From contig OZ024743.1 in assembly GCA_964016885.1 (NCBI GenBank), positions 136,276,001-136,340,000 of the forward strand: a stretch of DNA of 64,000 nt, in the 5' to 3' direction. This document shows, piece after piece, positions 62,768 through 64,000 of the stretch (position 1 is the stretch's first letter; every line of letters starts with the position of its first letter). Position numbers and translations under genes: made by a program. This stretch comes from Eledone cirrhosa (taxonomy: Eukaryota). The notes under the pieces are model-generated. The model saw only the letters and a program-made list of their open reading frames with translations, had not been told where the DNA came from and searched no databases.

Positions 62768-64000
62768 GTGCTTGGTGTTTGGTGCTTGGTGCTTGGTGCT
62801 GGGTGGTTGATGTTTGGTGCTTGGTGCTTGGTGTTTGGTGCTTGGTGCTTGGTGCTTATTGTTTGGTGCTTGGTGCTTGGTGCTTGGTGCTTGGTCTTTG
62901 GTGCTTGGTGTTTGGTGTTTGGTGTTTGGTGTTTGTGCTTGGTGCTTGGTGCTTGGTGTTTGGTGCTAGGTGCTTAACGCTTGGTGTTTGGTGCTTGGTG
63001 TTTGGTGCTTGGGGTTTGGTGTTTTGTGTTTGCTGTTTGGTGTATGCGGTTTGGTGTCTGCTTTTTGGTGTTTGGTGTTTGCTGTATGGTGTTTGCAGTT
63101 TTGTGTTTCGTGTTTGCTGTTTGGTGTTTGGTGCTTGGTGCTTGGTGCTTGGTGTTTGGTGCTTGGTGCTTGGTGCTTGGTGTTTGGCGTTTGCTGTTTG
63201 CTGTTTGGTGTTTGGTGTTTGCTGTATGGTGTTTGCTGTTTGGTGTTTGGTGCTTGGTGCTTGGTGGCTGGTGTTTGGTGCTTGGTGTTTGGATTTTGGT
63301 CCTTGGTGCTTGGTGCCTGGTGTTTCGTGCTTGGTGCTTGGTGCTTGGTGTTTGGTGTTTGGTGCTTGGTGTTTGGTGTTTGGTATTTGGTGCTTGGTGC
63401 TTGGTGCTTCGTGTTTGGTGCTTGGTGCTTGGTGCTTGGTGTTTGATGCTGCGTTCTTATGGTTGGTGTTTGGTGCTTGGTGCTTGGTGTTTGGTGATTG
63501 GAGCTTGGTGACTGGTGCTTGTTGTTTGGTGCCTGGTGCTTGTTGTTTGGTGTTTGGTGCTTGGTGCTTGGTGTTTGGTGCTTGGTGCTTGGTGCTTGGT
63601 GTTTGGTGCTTGGTGCTTGGTGTTTGGTGCTTGGTGCTTGGTGCTTGGTGCTTGGTGTTAGGTGTTTAGTGCTTGGTGCTTGGTGTTTGATGTTTGGTCC
63701 TTGGTGCTTGCTGTTTGGTGTTTGGTGCTTGGTGCTTGGTGTTTGGTGTTTGGTGCTTGGTGCTTGGTGCTTGGTGTTTTGTGTTTGGAGTTTGGTGCTT
63801 GGTGTTTGGTGCTTCGGTCTTGGTGCTTGGTGTTTGGTGCTTGGTGTTTGGTGCTTGGTGCTTGGTGCCTGGTGCTTGGTGTTAGGTGTTTCGTGCTTGG
63901 TGCTTGGTGTTTGATGTTTGGTCCTTGGTGCTTGGTGTTTGGTGTTTGGTGCTTGTTGTGTGGTGTTTGTTGTTTGGTGCTTGGTGCTTGGTGTTTGGTG

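Larger units (their letters stand above)
1..64000 (+). repeat. Heptamer satellite array (GGTGYTT)n, about 9,100 units, head-to-tail, truncated by both window ends
   Basis: Directly visible on every line: GGTGCTT and GGTGTTT units are intermixed with scattered variants (GCTGTTT, GTTGTTT, CGTGCTT, GGTACTT, GGGGCTT, GGTGATT, GATGTTT). The + strand is G/T-rich and nearly A-free throughout. No interruption or orientation switch was seen. Confidence 0.99.

Noticed and set aside
12-63914. Hundreds of + strand ORFs (up to 540 aa, e.g. 37655-39277 and 44440-46062) resembling Trp/Cys-rich membrane proteins
   Set aside because: They overlap in all three frames with the same heptapeptide, mostly begin at TTG/GTG/CTG-type codons supplied by the repeat, have no unique domain, and end at sporadic variant units. 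They are a by-product of the stop-free 7-mer.
1-64000. CRISPR array or repeat/spacer information-storage cassette system
   Set aside because: There are no unique spacers and no cas, recombinase or reverse transcriptase genes. All variation is substitution or small indels within the heptamer, copied in blocks.
1-64000. Canonical telomere repeat (TTAGGG, TTTAGGG, TTAGG)
   Set aside because: No tandem canonical units are present. Isolated TTAGG or TAGGGG strings arise from single substitutions in GGTGYTT.
1-64000. Fungal RIP signature (TG->TA on + strand, e.g. GGTACTT, TTAGTG)
   Set aside because: Such variants exist but are a small minority. The vast majority of TG/CA dinucleotides are intact, unlike RIP-mutated repeats.
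1-64000. Many variants create 4-bp palindromes (GTAC, TGCA, TTAA, CTAG, AGCT)
   Set aside because: Introducing an A into this G/T/C context often yields such sites by chance, and their copy numbers are inflated by block duplication. They are useful as restriction markers only.
1-64000. Pure sequencing or basecalling artefact, or simulated low-complexity sequence
   Set aside because: Rare variants and indels recur at homologous positions in a nested, tree-like pattern, which random error would not produce. The copy number of the near-identical blocks could still be misassembled.
1-64000. Promoters, terminators, tRNA/rRNA, transposon ends
   Set aside because: No inverted repeats, A-rich elements or unique sequence were seen. 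A nearly A-free, C-poor strand has little Watson-Crick self-complementarity.

Overview
The whole 64-kb window is one uninterrupted, single-orientation tandem array of a 7-bp unit, GGTGYTT (GGTGCTT / GGTGTTT; minus strand AAGCACC / AAACACC), about 9,100 units (64000/7). It runs off both window edges. I see no unique DNA, transposon insertion, inversion, RNA gene or credible protein-coding gene. All ORFs in the track are by-products of a stop-free heptamer, which reads WCLV[LF]G[AV] in every + frame and TKHQ[AT]P[SN] in every - frame. The informative signal is the internal architecture. Rare variant units act as barcodes and reveal nested higher-order repeats (HORs) with offsets of about 0.2-0.5, 1.06, 2.19, 3.4, 4.6-4.8 (itself a 2.76+2.04 kb dimer), 6.8, 7.2 and 12.0 kb. 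These are built from a small set of reshuffled modules and arranged in successive domains. This fits a satellite (pericentromeric, centromeric or subtelomeric) evolving by recombination or replication-based block duplication. The organism and function cannot be determined from the sequence. Offsets come from matching marker motifs and identical ORF-track entries; block boundaries are approximate (roughly +/-50 bp).
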